Notes: generated by a model from the letters alone, not told the origin. A stretch of 32,000 nt of DNA from Candidatus Nanopusillus acidilobi (GCA_001552015.1 CP010514.1:150001-182000), one strand, 5' to 3'; counted from the stretch's first letter, positions 9,175 through 18,357 are shown. Program-made: numbers and translations.

Positions 9175-9633
9175 TTATAAGTTAAGAAAGGTCGTTTCTT
9201 TTACACTTTCAAAAACTATCAAAGATACAGTTTCTTTTACTCCTTTAATTTCTCTTATCTTATCTAAAACAGCTTTTCCTAAACCTTCAACATCTTTTTC
9301 CCTAACCTTTGCAATCATATCCCAATCCCCAGCTATTATATGGACTTCTTGAATTTCTGGTAAGTTTGCAATTTTTTCCGCAACCTCTCTTTGTGTGAAA
9401 CCAGAAGAAGGATCATATTTTATTAAAACAAAAGATAAAACATTTTTACCAATAGCTTTAGGATCTAAAATTGCTCTATATTCTTTTATTATTCCTGCAT
9501 TCTCTAATTTCTTTATTCTAGCGAAAATTGTAGTTTCTCTCATTTCTGTAATTTGTGAAAGTTCTCTTAAAGAGAGTTTGCAATTCTTCTGTAAAAGTGA
9601 AAGTAATTGTTTATCCTTTTCATCTATCTTCAT
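9175..9633 (-). CDS. Lrp/AsnC family transcriptional regulator
   Basis: MKIDEKDKQLLSLLQKNCKLSLRELSQITEMRETTIFARIKKLENAGIIKEYRAILDPKAIG: HTH plus RAM domain (EVHIIAGDWDMIAKVR). Confidence 0.93.
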   Translation of the reverse strand: MKIDEKDKQLLSLLQKNCKLSLRELSQITEMRETTIFARIKKLENAGIIKEYRAILDPKAIGKNVLSFVLIKYDPSSGFTQREVAEKIANLPEIQEVHIIAGDWDMIAKVREKDVEGLGKAVLDKIREIKGVKETVSLIVFESVKETTFLNL

Positions 9634-9735
9634 AAAAAATTCATATTTTTTAAAAATTTAAGTATTTTATTCAAAGTATCTTCAAATTTTATGAAATTTA
9701 TATATACTATATCCTATCAATTAATAAATTAAATT

Positions 9736-9750
9736 TTGAAAAATATTCAA
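9736..9750. promoter_or_regulatory. Candidate Lrp-family operator 1
   Basis: TTGAA-AAATA-TTCAA inverted repeat; core TGAAAAATATTCA. Confidence 0.45.
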
Positions 9751-9770
9751 TTTTTATATCAAATTTAAGT

Positions 9771-9797
9771 AATTTTTTGAATCTTTTTCAAAAAATT
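9771..9797. promoter_or_regulatory. Candidate Lrp-family operator 2, 11-bp perfect arms, abutting TATA box TTTTATAAAA (9796-9805)
   Basis: AATTTTTTGAA-TCTTT-TTCAAAAAATT. Confidence 0.55.
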
Positions 9798-9837
9798 TTA
9801 TAAAAAATTTAAGAACAGGAAATAGAAATATTAGCGA

Positions 9838-10770
9838 ATGGCGGTAGAAGAAATGATATCTCATCTAAAAGAAATGAAACCAATATTAAGAATACAAACA
9901 GTAGTATTAAAGGAAATGCAATCATTTATGGTAGATAGAGGCTTTGTACAATTATTACCAGTAATAACTTCAAAATTTACAGATCCATTGGCTCCAGATC
10001 CAGCATCTAGTGTTATTTTTACACCATCATTTGAGTATTATTCGCAAAAACTAGTGATAACACAAAGTATGATTTTACACAAACAACTTTCCCTTATAGC
10101 AGCTGATAAGATATTCACTTTTTCACCAAACGTTAGATTAGAAAAAAGTGAAAAAGCTAAAACTGGAAGACATGCTTTTGAATTTACGCAAATGGATTTT
10201 GAGATGGCATATGCAAAGATGAAAGATGTAATGGATTTAGTTGAGGATTTAATAATCCATGTAATCAAAAAAGTTAAAGAAGAATGTAAAGAAGAATTAG
10301 ATCTTTTAGGTAGAGAATTAAGAGTTCCTTCAAAACCATTCAAAGTTTACAGATATTCAGAAGTTTTAGAAAAATATGGTAGTGATGATGCTTTAAGTGT
10401 AGAAGAAAAAGATCCATTCTGGATTATTGATATAAAAAGAGAGTTCTATGATAAGGAAGATGAAGATCATCCAGGTCATTTCTTAAACTATGATTTAATT
10501 TTGCCAGAAGGATATGGGGAAGTTTTATCTGGAGGAGAAAGAGAATATAAATATGAGAGAATTATGGAAAAGATGAAAGAATTAGAAAAAGAAGGTAGAG
10601 ATTATTCATCATATAAAGACTATCTAGAAGTTGCTAAAAGAGGATTGTTAAAACCAAGTGCTGGAGGAGGAATTGGTGTTGAAAGATTATTAAGATTCTT
10701 ATCTGGAAAGAAGCATATAAGGGAAGTTCAATTATTCCCAAGAATTCCTGGCGAGGAAGTAGTTTTCTAG
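9838..10770 (+). CDS. Archaeal asparagine synthetase related to Asp/Asn-tRNA synthetase (class II catalytic core, no anticodon-binding OB domain)
   Basis: Class II motifs FRLEK-type (FSPNVRLEKSEKAKTGRHAFEFTQMDFEM) and C-terminal GGGIGVERLLRFL; begins directly at catalytic core. Confidence 0.85.
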   Translation: MAVEEMISHLKEMKPILRIQTVVLKEMQSFMVDRGFVQLLPVITSKFTDPLAPDPASSVIFTPSFEYYSQKLVITQSMILHKQLSLIAADKIFTFSPNVRLEKSEKAKTGRHAFEFTQMDFEMAYAKMKDVMDLVEDLIIHVIKKVKEECKEELDLLGRELRVPSKPFKVYRYSEVLEKYGSDDALSVEEKDPFWIIDIKREFYDKEDEDHPGHFLNYDLILPEGYGEVLSGGEREYKYERIMEKMKELEKEGRDYSSYKDYLEVAKRGLLKPSAGGGIGVERLLRFLSGKKHIREVQLFPRIPGEEVVF

Positions 10771-11091
10771 ATTTTTTTTTTAATAAAATTTTTTAATAAA
10801 TATTATAGAAACTGAAAAGATTTTAGAAAAATCAAAAAAGTAAAAAATTGCAATCTATTAAACTAGATAATGAGAAAGGTTTATTAATAGAAAAACTTTT
10901 ATCTAAGTAAATACAAAAAGTCTTAATTAAAATTTTTTAAATAATTACTCATTAACTATAAAGAATAATCCTAAATTTGATATAAGTTTTAATATGATTA
11001 AGGGAGGTTAAATGAGTAATTCTTAATCAAATAATATAAAAAGGATTATTGGCATAATAAAAATTATAGATTATCTCTATAGATGTTTATT

Positions 11092-11658
11092 TTAATAACA
11101 TATTCGATCATAACAAGGATTTAGTAAGACATTTAGCACATAATTTACCGTAATATATACTATAATAGTAAAGGTAAGCCAAGTTAAAAGACTTGCAAAT
11201 GACATAACAATAGCTACTCCTAAACCTGCGTTGGACAGATATTTATAGGCAATTAAACTTGTTATAAAAACTGGAACTATAGTGGCTGTAAATATTTCTA
11301 AGGTTAGTGTAGTTAAAGCAATAGAATATGAGAAATATAGAGAGATAAAGATGAGAGTTATTATAAAAGATGTCATTCCTGAAAGAAAAGTAATAGCCCA
11401 AGTTTTAGAAAATGATATATTTATATTCAAATAACGTTTAGCAAATGAATAAATAAGTTTTGAAAATATATATGAATATCCGATCCAACCCAATATAAAA
11501 GGTGACAATTCTATTATTGAAATAATTGCTAATGCTATTATACTTAAACCGTCCATTTTATAATATGTCATTACCTCATATAAAAATATATTTTGATGGT
11601 TATCGGAGATTATTATTGTTGTAATTGAAATATTTATATTTCGAAGAAATTTTATCAA
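11092..11658 (-). CDS. Membrane protein paralogous to 1385-1864; true start probably the internal MTYYKMDGLS or MDGLS
   Basis: YKYLSNAGLGVAIVMSFASL motif and LGWIGYSYIFSKLIYSFAKRYLNINISF similar to the 2825-3631 family. Confidence 0.6.
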   Translation of the reverse strand: MIKFLRNINISITTIIISDNHQNIFLYEVMTYYKMDGLSIIALAIISIIELSPFILGWIGYSYIFSKLIYSFAKRYLNINISFSKTWAITFLSGMTSFIITLIFISLYFSYSIALTTLTLEIFTATIVPVFITSLIAYKYLSNAGLGVAIVMSFASLLTWLTFTIIVYITVNYVLNVLLNPCYDRICY

Positions 11659-11749
11659 AAATAATCTAGCGATATTAGCAATGTTTATTTATATTATTTG
11701 AATAAAAATTGTTTTAAGAAAATATTAATGTTTTTATAATTAATAAAAT

Positions 11750-14700
11750 TTATTTTCCAGAAAGTATTTCCATTAATTCTTTAAATCCTTCTAATTCTTC
11801 TTTAGAAATTCCATATAATTCAGCAACTGCTAAATCGATTTTTTCTTCAACTTTTTTAAGTTCTTCCTTTGCATTAATATTTTTACAATAATCAGGTTTA
11901 TTATTGGAATATATACATTTTGCTAATTCATGAGCTCTTTCAGATAATTCAGTAATTTTATTATGTAAATTATTATCGGGGTCGAATTTTGGTATTTTAA
12001 TGATATCTATAATATGTGTTTCTTGTCTTAACTCATATGTATAAGATGCTATTATTGAACGAACTATAGTTGAATTTAAAACTCCCGCAATATAATAAGC
12101 TTCATTAGGAGATTTGGCTTCCACTAATATAATTCCATCATCAGGTATTACAGGTTTTTCATTAATAGGTTCAACAACTGCGCAAGCAAAGCTTACCGCT
12201 TTACCGGTAATGGCGCCGGCAATTCTGGTCCATACAACTTTATAGGGTGCTAAGGATGCCTTAACATTGTTCATAACATAATAAAATGGTACAGTCATTT
12301 TCTCAGCTTTATAGAATGGATACTTTTTATAAGGTGCCATTTTTTGTTTTAGGAATCCTCCACTTCTATTTATTAAATCATTAAAGAATTGATAGAAATA
12401 TTGATATGTATAAGGATATTTTGTTTTCATTATATGATGTGGAATAGGATCTCCTTCTTTATCATGTGGCAATATTATATATTTATCTTTAAACTCTACG
12501 TACCATTTCTTTATATCTCTGCCCCTAACTAATGGATAAATAAGATCTGATTCTACTCTAGCTTCAACCTGTTTGACATTTTTCTTCTGTCCACTTTCAG
12601 GCGGATTTGTTATGATTAACATACCATCGGGAGTTTTTTCAAGTACTTTAATATAATAAATCTGGTTAAGAGCTGTATAAACTCCTGCATATGCCTCATA
12701 ATATTGATTTCCGTTTATTATTTTTCTAATTGAATTTATAATATTGGGTTTAACTTGCATCCATGGTGATGTAGGATCATTAAGTATTAAAGGAATCATT
12801 GTTATTTCATAATGTTTCGTCATCTTAATGACATCTTTTAAAGATGTATTTGGATCTATTTTCTTTCCAGTCCATACAATATGTTTAATGCCATTCATAT
12901 TTTCTTTCTGTATTTCTTTAATAATTGTACATTCATTATCATTCATATTATCTAATTCACAAACTTTTTCAACAATAATAATTCCTGTTCTATTTATTGC
13001 ACCTTCAAAGGGCATTAATGTTACTAAATCATGAATAACATGTATTTTTGTTTTTCTAGCTAAGAAATTTCTAAATCCAGCACCTGCTTGTGTTTTAAAT
13101 ACTGTAAATGTTATTACAAATCCTAATTTTCCACCTACTTTTAAATATAAGTCAAAACATCTTGCTAAGAATAGCATAGATAAATCTTTTTTGAATTTAT
13201 TGATTCCAGTTTTTCCTTCAATTTCTAATAATCCATATTTTTTCCAAAGTTCTTTACTCGATTCTCTATATTGTTCAGGCAAGTCATCCCATCTTATCCA
13301 TGGGGGGTTTCCAATTACATAATCAAATTTACCCTTTAATATTGGAGCAAATGCATTTCTAATTATAGCTATCCATACATCATCTTTACCTTGTAGTCTA
13401 AGATCAAGTAATTTTTTATAAAGATCAATTAAACTCTTTTTCTCTGAAGAATTTAAACCATATGGTGAAATTCTAAATTCAAATTCTTTAGGTGTACATC
13501 CATTCTCTAAACACATTTTTATTTCGTCTAATATTTTTCTTAAAAGATCTGTATTTTGTGCAGTATTAACAGGTATTTTAAATTCACCAACTGCAGTCCT
13601 TAATATATAATACTTTTCAGTAATTTCTGCTTTTGTTTCAATCATTATAGAATCTGCTAAGTAAATTGGAATTTCAATACTTCCTAATCCACTTTGTTGT
13701 AATAGATCCGCAATGGTTAATAAATAATTTGTTCTTGCGGTTAAGACTGCTAATGGATTTAAATCATAACCAACAACATTTTCAAGTATATATTTAGCTA
13801 ATGTATCTGTTAAGTAATGTTCATTGGCATATCTTATTAATCTACTAATATAAAGTATAAGAAAGGTACCTGATCCGCATGCAGGATCTAAAACTCTAAT
13901 TTCTAAAGGTTTTAATGGATCGTCTTTTCCCATATTTTCTAAATTTTCATAACTTAATCCAACTTCATTAATTATTAATTCTGCTAACCAATCAGGTGTA
14001 TAATATTCTCCTAAATTATGTCTAATATCTCTTGGAACAAGATTTTGATATAATTTCTTTAATAAATCTCTGGCAAATTCAGGTTCTAATTGTGGAGTTG
14101 CTATTTCGTAATCAGAAAGTCTTCTTGCAATTTCAGCAATAACATCTCCTAATTCTTGATCTATTTCTTCAACATACCATGAAAAATAGTCTCCTTCTAA
14201 AAAGTTTTCAATACCTAATAATTTTTTAAATATACCACCGCTTTCTAATTCTTTTAATATATTTTTTAAACCTTCAATACCTTTAGATGTATAAGCATTA
14301 TCAAGTTCTACAATATATGATTTATAAAATCTACCGCTTCCATATAAATAAGCTATTTCGGCAGCAATTAATTTCATTATCAATGCATAATATGTATGTA
14401 TGGCAAAAATTAGAATATCATAATTAATATTAGACTTTTCAAATCCATAATCTTCTGCTAATTCTTTTAATTCTTTAAATTTATTTGGATCATAACCTGT
14501 GGCCTGTTTAAATAATCTCGTCCAATCTTCAAATAATATTTTTGTTTTTTCATTTTTTGTATTTAATAATTTTGTATAAAGTAATTTTATTGACCTTTTA
14601 GATATTTGAGAATTCATACCAAAATCTTTAGCAATTTCTTCTGCACTCAAAATTTTTCTTCTTAAACCTCTTAAAGCTTCTATTAATTTTATAATAGATT

Positions 14701-15136
14701 CTCTTCTAATTTCATAAGGTCCTCTTAATATCCATATATTATTTCTTTTATCATATCTAACAAATGCAATTTTATCACTAATAATTATTCCTAAAAATTT
14801 ATCATAATTACTTTTGTCTCCAGCTTCAGTGATTATATATTTAATAGCTTGTTCCTTTACTTTTTGAATATCGGAATCTGTTGATAATTTACCAGGGGCT
14901 TTGTATTCAATAATAACATGTCCATATAAAGCATCTACTCTCTTACCAGAAGCTAAAGTATATTCATATTTACCTTCAAAAGGTATATTTAATGGTTTTA
15001 ATATTTTTTCTTCAATGCAATTTGATACTCTAATTCTCAAATCTTCTTCTGTACGTGCTTGAAGAATTCCATTTCTAATACATATTAATATGTCATCAAT
15101 ATCAAACTGATTTAGAGAATTACTATTAGGAGGCAT
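11750..15136 (-). CDS. Single-polypeptide restriction-modification enzyme (Type IIG-like: PD-(D/E)XK nuclease-like N-terminus plus N6-adenine methyltransferase)
   Basis: N-term VDALYGHVIIEYKAP; methyltransferase motif I VLDPACGSGTFLILYI, motif IV NPPWIRW; long C-terminal region ending PDNNLHNKITELSERAHELAKC, typical of target recognition regions. Confidence 0.85.
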   Translation of the reverse strand: MPPNSNSLNQFDIDDILICIRNGILQARTEEDLRIRVSNCIEEKILKPLNIPFEGKYEYTLASGKRVDALYGHVIIEYKAPGKLSTDSDIQKVKEQAIKYIITEAGDKSNYDKFLGIIISDKIAFVRYDKRNNIWILRGPYEIRRESIIKLIEALRGLRRKILSAEEIAKDFGMNSQISKRSIKLLYTKLLNTKNEKTKILFEDWTRLFKQATGYDPNKFKELKELAEDYGFEKSNINYDILIFAIHTYYALIMKLIAAEIAYLYGSGRFYKSYIVELDNAYTSKGIEGLKNILKELESGGIFKKLLGIENFLEGDYFSWYVEEIDQELGDVIAEIARRLSDYEIATPQLEPEFARDLLKKLYQNLVPRDIRHNLGEYYTPDWLAELIINEVGLSYENLENMGKDDPLKPLEIRVLDPACGSGTFLILYISRLIRYANEHYLTDTLAKYILENVVGYDLNPLAVLTARTNYLLTIADLLQQSGLGSIEIPIYLADSIMIETKAEITEKYYILRTAVGEFKIPVNTAQNTDLLRKILDEIKMCLENGCTPKEFEFRISPYGLNSSEKKSLIDLYKKLLDLRLQGKDDVWIAIIRNAFAPILKGKFDYVIGNPPWIRWDDLPEQYRESSKELWKKYGLLEIEGKTGINKFKKDLSMLFLARCFDLYLKVGGKLGFVITFTVFKTQAGAGFRNFLARKTKIHVIHDLVTLMPFEGAINRTGIIIVEKVCELDNMNDNECTIIKEIQKENMNGIKHIVWTGKKIDPNTSLKDVIKMTKHYEITMIPLILNDPTSPWMQVKPNIINSIRKIINGNQYYEAYAGVYTALNQIYYIKVLEKTPDGMLIITNPPESGQKKNVKQVEARVESDLIYPLVRGRDIKKWYVEFKDKYIILPHDKEGDPIPHHIMKTKYPYTYQYFYQFFNDLINRSGGFLKQKMAPYKKYPFYKAEKMTVPFYYVMNNVKASLAPYKVVWTRIAGAITGKAVSFACAVVEPINEKPVIPDDGIILVEAKSPNEAYYIAGVLNSTIVRSIIASYTYELRQETHIIDIIKIPKFDPDNNLHNKITELSERAHELAKCIYSNNKPDYCKNINAKEELKKVEEKIDLAVAELYGISKEELEGFKELMEILSGK

Positions 15137-15349
15137 AATATTATAATTTATAAATTATTTAAGAATTTTACTTTTAGTTTTTAGTATGAAATAATAAGAA
15201 CGTTATATTAATTTTATTTAACTATTTTCATTATCTTAAATAGTGTGAAAAATATGTCAGTAATTTAATAGTTTTTTGTTTTATTCAAATATACTGGAAG
15301 AAGCATAAATACATGCTATGTTAATAAAATTTTACACAAATTCATAATA

Positions 15350-15955
15350 ATGGTAAGATGTCCCTTTTGTGGTTCAGAAGATTTAACATTAATTAGTTCA
15401 TGGAAATATGGGGCTTTTGATGTATATAGATATAAATGTAATAAATGTGGAAATAAGTTTAATTATTATAAAGGAAAAATTACAGAATTTTATATACCAA
15501 AATCAAAAAACCAAAAAATGAATAAAGAAGAAAATAAAGAAGTTGATTATAATCATGAAGAAGTAAAGTCTTGGTTACAGGAGATTGGTGAAGTATTAGG
15601 ATATTATACTTATCCTGAATTTGGAGATGAACAATATAGGTTTGATATTGTCTATAAATTGTTTAATAGTGAAAAACAACCACCTGTAGCAGTTTTTGAA
15701 GTTGTAGATAGTAATACTGTTGATAACTCTCTTTCAAGATTATTTTATGCATATAGAACTTTTAGACCTGAGGGATTATATTTAATAGTTTTAGATAATA
15801 AATATCAAGAAAGGGCAAAGAAATTGTTAGAAAATACATATCCAGAAATAAAGGATAAAGTAGAAATATTAGATGCAAATAAAATAAAAGAATTAAGAGA
15901 TATATTAAATAAATATGGAGATGAAATAAAGAAATTAATAAATCTGGGAAAGTAA
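15350..15955 (+). CDS. Zinc-ribbon protein with restriction-endonuclease-like domain
   Basis: CPFCGSEDL...YKCNKCGNKF zinc ribbon, then YRFDIVYKLFNSEKQPPVAVFEVVDSNTVDNSLSRLFYAYRTFRPEGLYLIV (D...ExV core). Confidence 0.6.
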   Translation: MVRCPFCGSEDLTLISSWKYGAFDVYRYKCNKCGNKFNYYKGKITEFYIPKSKNQKMNKEENKEVDYNHEEVKSWLQEIGEVLGYYTYPEFGDEQYRFDIVYKLFNSEKQPPVAVFEVVDSNTVDNSLSRLFYAYRTFRPEGLYLIVLDNKYQERAKKLLENTYPEIKDKVEILDANKIKELRDILNKYGDEIKKLINLGK

Positions 15956-16025
15956 ATATTAAAATCATACACTTTTTAGTCATTTAAGTATTTTATCTTG
16001 AGCTATAATTTTTCGTTATATTTTC

Positions 16026-16068
16026 TATATATGTATAATTACAATTAGTATAATTATGATTATACAAA
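16026..16068 (+). repeat. 43-bp perfect repeat, copy 2
   Basis: Identical to 7721-7763. Confidence 0.9.
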
Positions 16069-16295
16069 TAATGAAAAATACTAGGGATATATATTTAATA
16101 GAATGTAAATATTCTGATAATATAAATCCAAAAGAAATATTAGAAAATCTAAAGGAAAAATCCGAATATTTAAATTTAGATATAAGAAATAAATACTATA
16201 TAATATTTGCAAAAAGTTTTAAAGAAAGAATTAAAGAAAATAATTTATATTTATTTGATTTAGAAGATTTAGAAAATATAATGTATCGAATATAA
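16056..16295 (+). pseudogene. C-terminal remnant of archaeal ATPase (DUF234/PD-(D/E)XK-like tail) fused to the family start codons
   Basis: MIIQ-IMKNTRDIYLIECKYSDNINPKEILENLKEKSEYLNLDIRNKYYIIFAKSFKER: nuclease-like ECK core typical of C-termini of these ATPases; no Walker motifs. Confidence 0.55.
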
Positions 16296-16416
16296 GAGTT
16301 ACATAATTTATTGTTATCAATTATTGAGCTAAATAAATTAGCATTATACTTATACTAGATATATTTGCTAGAATAATATAATTCTTTTTAAAATAAAATT
16401 TTTATTATATCTTATA

Positions 16417-16465
16417 ATGAAGAAAAACTCATCGGCTGATAAATGATGAGGGTCTTGAGCTCAGA
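16417..16465 (+). ncRNA. Candidate archaeal C/D-box sRNA (A)
   Basis: ATGAAGA(16417-16423)-N12 aaaactcatcgg-CTGA-TAA-ATGATGA(16443-16449)-N12 gggtcttgagct-CAGA(16462-16465), then T-run; TTTTTAAAAT box upstream. Confidence 0.65.
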
Positions 16466-16494
16466 TTTTTTAATATTTTATTGAACAATTATTA

Positions 16495-16716
16495 ATGGAA
16501 GAAGAATTGTATGCAACAAAATATGAACTTTATATTTCTTTAATAATTACATTGATAGTTATTGCAATAATAACGAATACATTAATTAATTTACCATATA
16601 AAAACCTATATTACATGTCAACACTGATTATATTAACATTAATTATTATAGATGTTTATGTATATTTATCATATAAAGGAAAAATACCCTTATATAAGGT
16701 AAAGAAAAAAGATTAA
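16495..16716 (+). CDS. Small two-helix or three-helix membrane protein (73 aa)
   Basis: Intact hydrophobic ORF ending in YKVKKKD. Confidence 0.45.
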   Translation: MEEELYATKYELYISLIITLIVIAIITNTLINLPYKNLYYMSTLIILTLIIIDVYVYLSYKGKIPLYKVKKKD

Positions 16717-17048
16717 TTCTTTTTAGATTTTGCAATATCTAAAGCTCTTATTTTAACTAAATCTTCAATTCTATCATATAATATTGATTCAGCTAACTTA
16801 TATTTATATTCAATATCTTTATATACTAGATAAGCTTTCTTTATTTGATTATTTTTCATATATTCATCAAATATTTTCTTTCTTTCAACAATATCCTCCA
16901 AAATATTTAATATATCATTATCTTTAAATGACATTAATAATAACATCTTTGCTTCACTATCTTGTATTCTATTAAATAATTTTTTTGCATGTAATCTATA
17001 CAAACTAATTAACATGGTCAAGTTGTTAATCATATTGTCAATCTTCAT
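16713..17048 (-). CDS. Hypothetical helical protein (111 aa)
   Basis: Intact ORF downstream of tyrS on the same strand. Confidence 0.5.
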   Translation of the reverse strand: MKIDNMINNLTMLISLYRLHAKKLFNRIQDSEAKMLLLMSFKDNDILNILEDIVERKKIFDEYMKNNQIKKAYLVYKDIEYKYKLAESILYDRIEDLVKIRALDIAKSKKN

Positions 17049-17082
17049 AAATTATCATTGATAAAAAAATTTATAAATGAAA

Positions 17083-18357
17083 CTACCTAGTGATCTTAAC
17101 AGAATCTAGTTCTTCCTTATATTTCTTACCAGGTCCCTCGGTAAAATATTTATATACAGGTTCCAATTTATTTGCCAACCATTTTCCAACAGCTTTCTTT
17201 AAATCCAATGGATGTATTTTTCCTTCAACCCAATCTTTTCTCAAATCCCATAAATTATTATATATTTTTCTTTCTCCAGTTTTTTCATTAATTATCTCAA
17301 ATTCAATATCTTTATATGAATATTTATATAATTCATTAGATTCTTTATCAATTATTTTATATATTTCATTCCAATTTATCTTATTTTTATTCTTTAATTC
17401 TTCATATATGTCATAATTTATATTTTTGATATTTTCTATTTTATATAAATTATTATCATACAAATATTTTATTACCCCATAACCTTCCTGGTCCCTAAAT
17501 ATTAAATATTCAACTATCTCCCATATTGGATTGAATTCCAATTCTCTTTGAGGACAGAATGCTTTATTTATTTTATCAATAACTTCTGAAGGACTATCAT
17601 GAACAAATATTGCAGAACCTGGTATAGATTTAGACATTTTTAGTTCAGATAATTCTTCTTTAGCTTCTTTTATATTTCCAGATTTTAATTTTTGGAATGT
17701 TTCATATGGTAATTGTAGATTTGTTATTAATTGATGATGTACTGCAATTAAATCATAATTTATTTTATCAGCATATTCAATTGTAATTACATGTGCCTTT
17801 CTTTGATCAATTCCAGCATGTGCAATATTTATTTTTTGGAATATTATATCTGCGGCTTGCATTAATGGATATATTAAATTTGCAGATGGCATTGATTCTT
17901 CGTATTTCCTTCCCATAACTGTAACAGATCTTAGTACCCTATTTAATGTAGTATTTTTTCCAATTTTAATTACTTCTGCCCAATAATCATTATTATATAT
18001 TTCTGATGCCAAAACAAATTTTATTTTATCAGGATCCCCACCTAAAGATTTTATTGTTTGTTTCATTGCTTCAGTAAAATATCCTTTTCCAATTCTTTTA
18101 ATTACTTCTTGATCACCACTTAATTTATTATTTATTACTGAATGCCAATCTGCTAAAAATACTTCTGTTTCTGCAAAATTCATAAAATCAATTAATTTAT
18201 ATCCAGATACAACTGCAGTACCCAAATGAACATATCCAGATATTTCATATCCTATATAATGTCTGAAATTATTTATTTTATTTGCCTTTTCTTCATTCAA
18301 TACTTCTATTGCTGGCTTTTTCCATAAAAGTAATTTTATAATGTTCTTATCCATCAT
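17083..18357 (-). CDS. tyrS: Tyrosyl-tRNA synthetase, archaeal type
   Basis: ISGYVHLGT (HIGH-like), LADWHSVINNKLSGD, LKMSKSIPGSAIFVHDS (KMSKS). Confidence 0.92.
   Translation of the reverse strand: MMDKNIIKLLLWKKPAIEVLNEEKANKINNFRHYIGYEISGYVHLGTAVVSGYKLIDFMNFAETEVFLADWHSVINNKLSGDQEVIKRIGKGYFTEAMKQTIKSLGGDPDKIKFVLASEIYNNDYWAEVIKIGKNTTLNRVLRSVTVMGRKYEESMPSANLIYPLMQAADIIFQKINIAHAGIDQRKAHVITIEYADKINYDLIAVHHQLITNLQLPYETFQKLKSGNIKEAKEELSELKMSKSIPGSAIFVHDSPSEVIDKINKAFCPQRELEFNPIWEIVEYLIFRDQEGYGVIKYLYDNNLYKIENIKNINYDIYEELKNKNKINWNEIYKIIDKESNELYKYSYKDIEFEIINEKTGERKIYNNLWDLRKDWVEGKIHPLDLKKAVGKWLANKLEPVYKYFTEGPGKKYKEELDSVKITR

Noticed and set aside
9164-9661. Plus-strand ORFs 9164-9352 and 9395-9661
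   Set aside because: Antisense shadows of the Lrp/AsnC gene.
10038-10343. Minus-strand ORF 101 aa
   Set aside because: Antisense to the asparagine synthetase core.
12828-13034. Plus-strand ORF 68 aa
   Set aside because: Antisense within the restriction-modification gene.
7721-16068. 43-bp repeat as a CRISPR repeat or transposon terminal repeat
   Set aside because: Only two copies 8.3 kb apart, no spacer array, no transposase between them; both copies end in the same start codons, which fits a shared gene start better.
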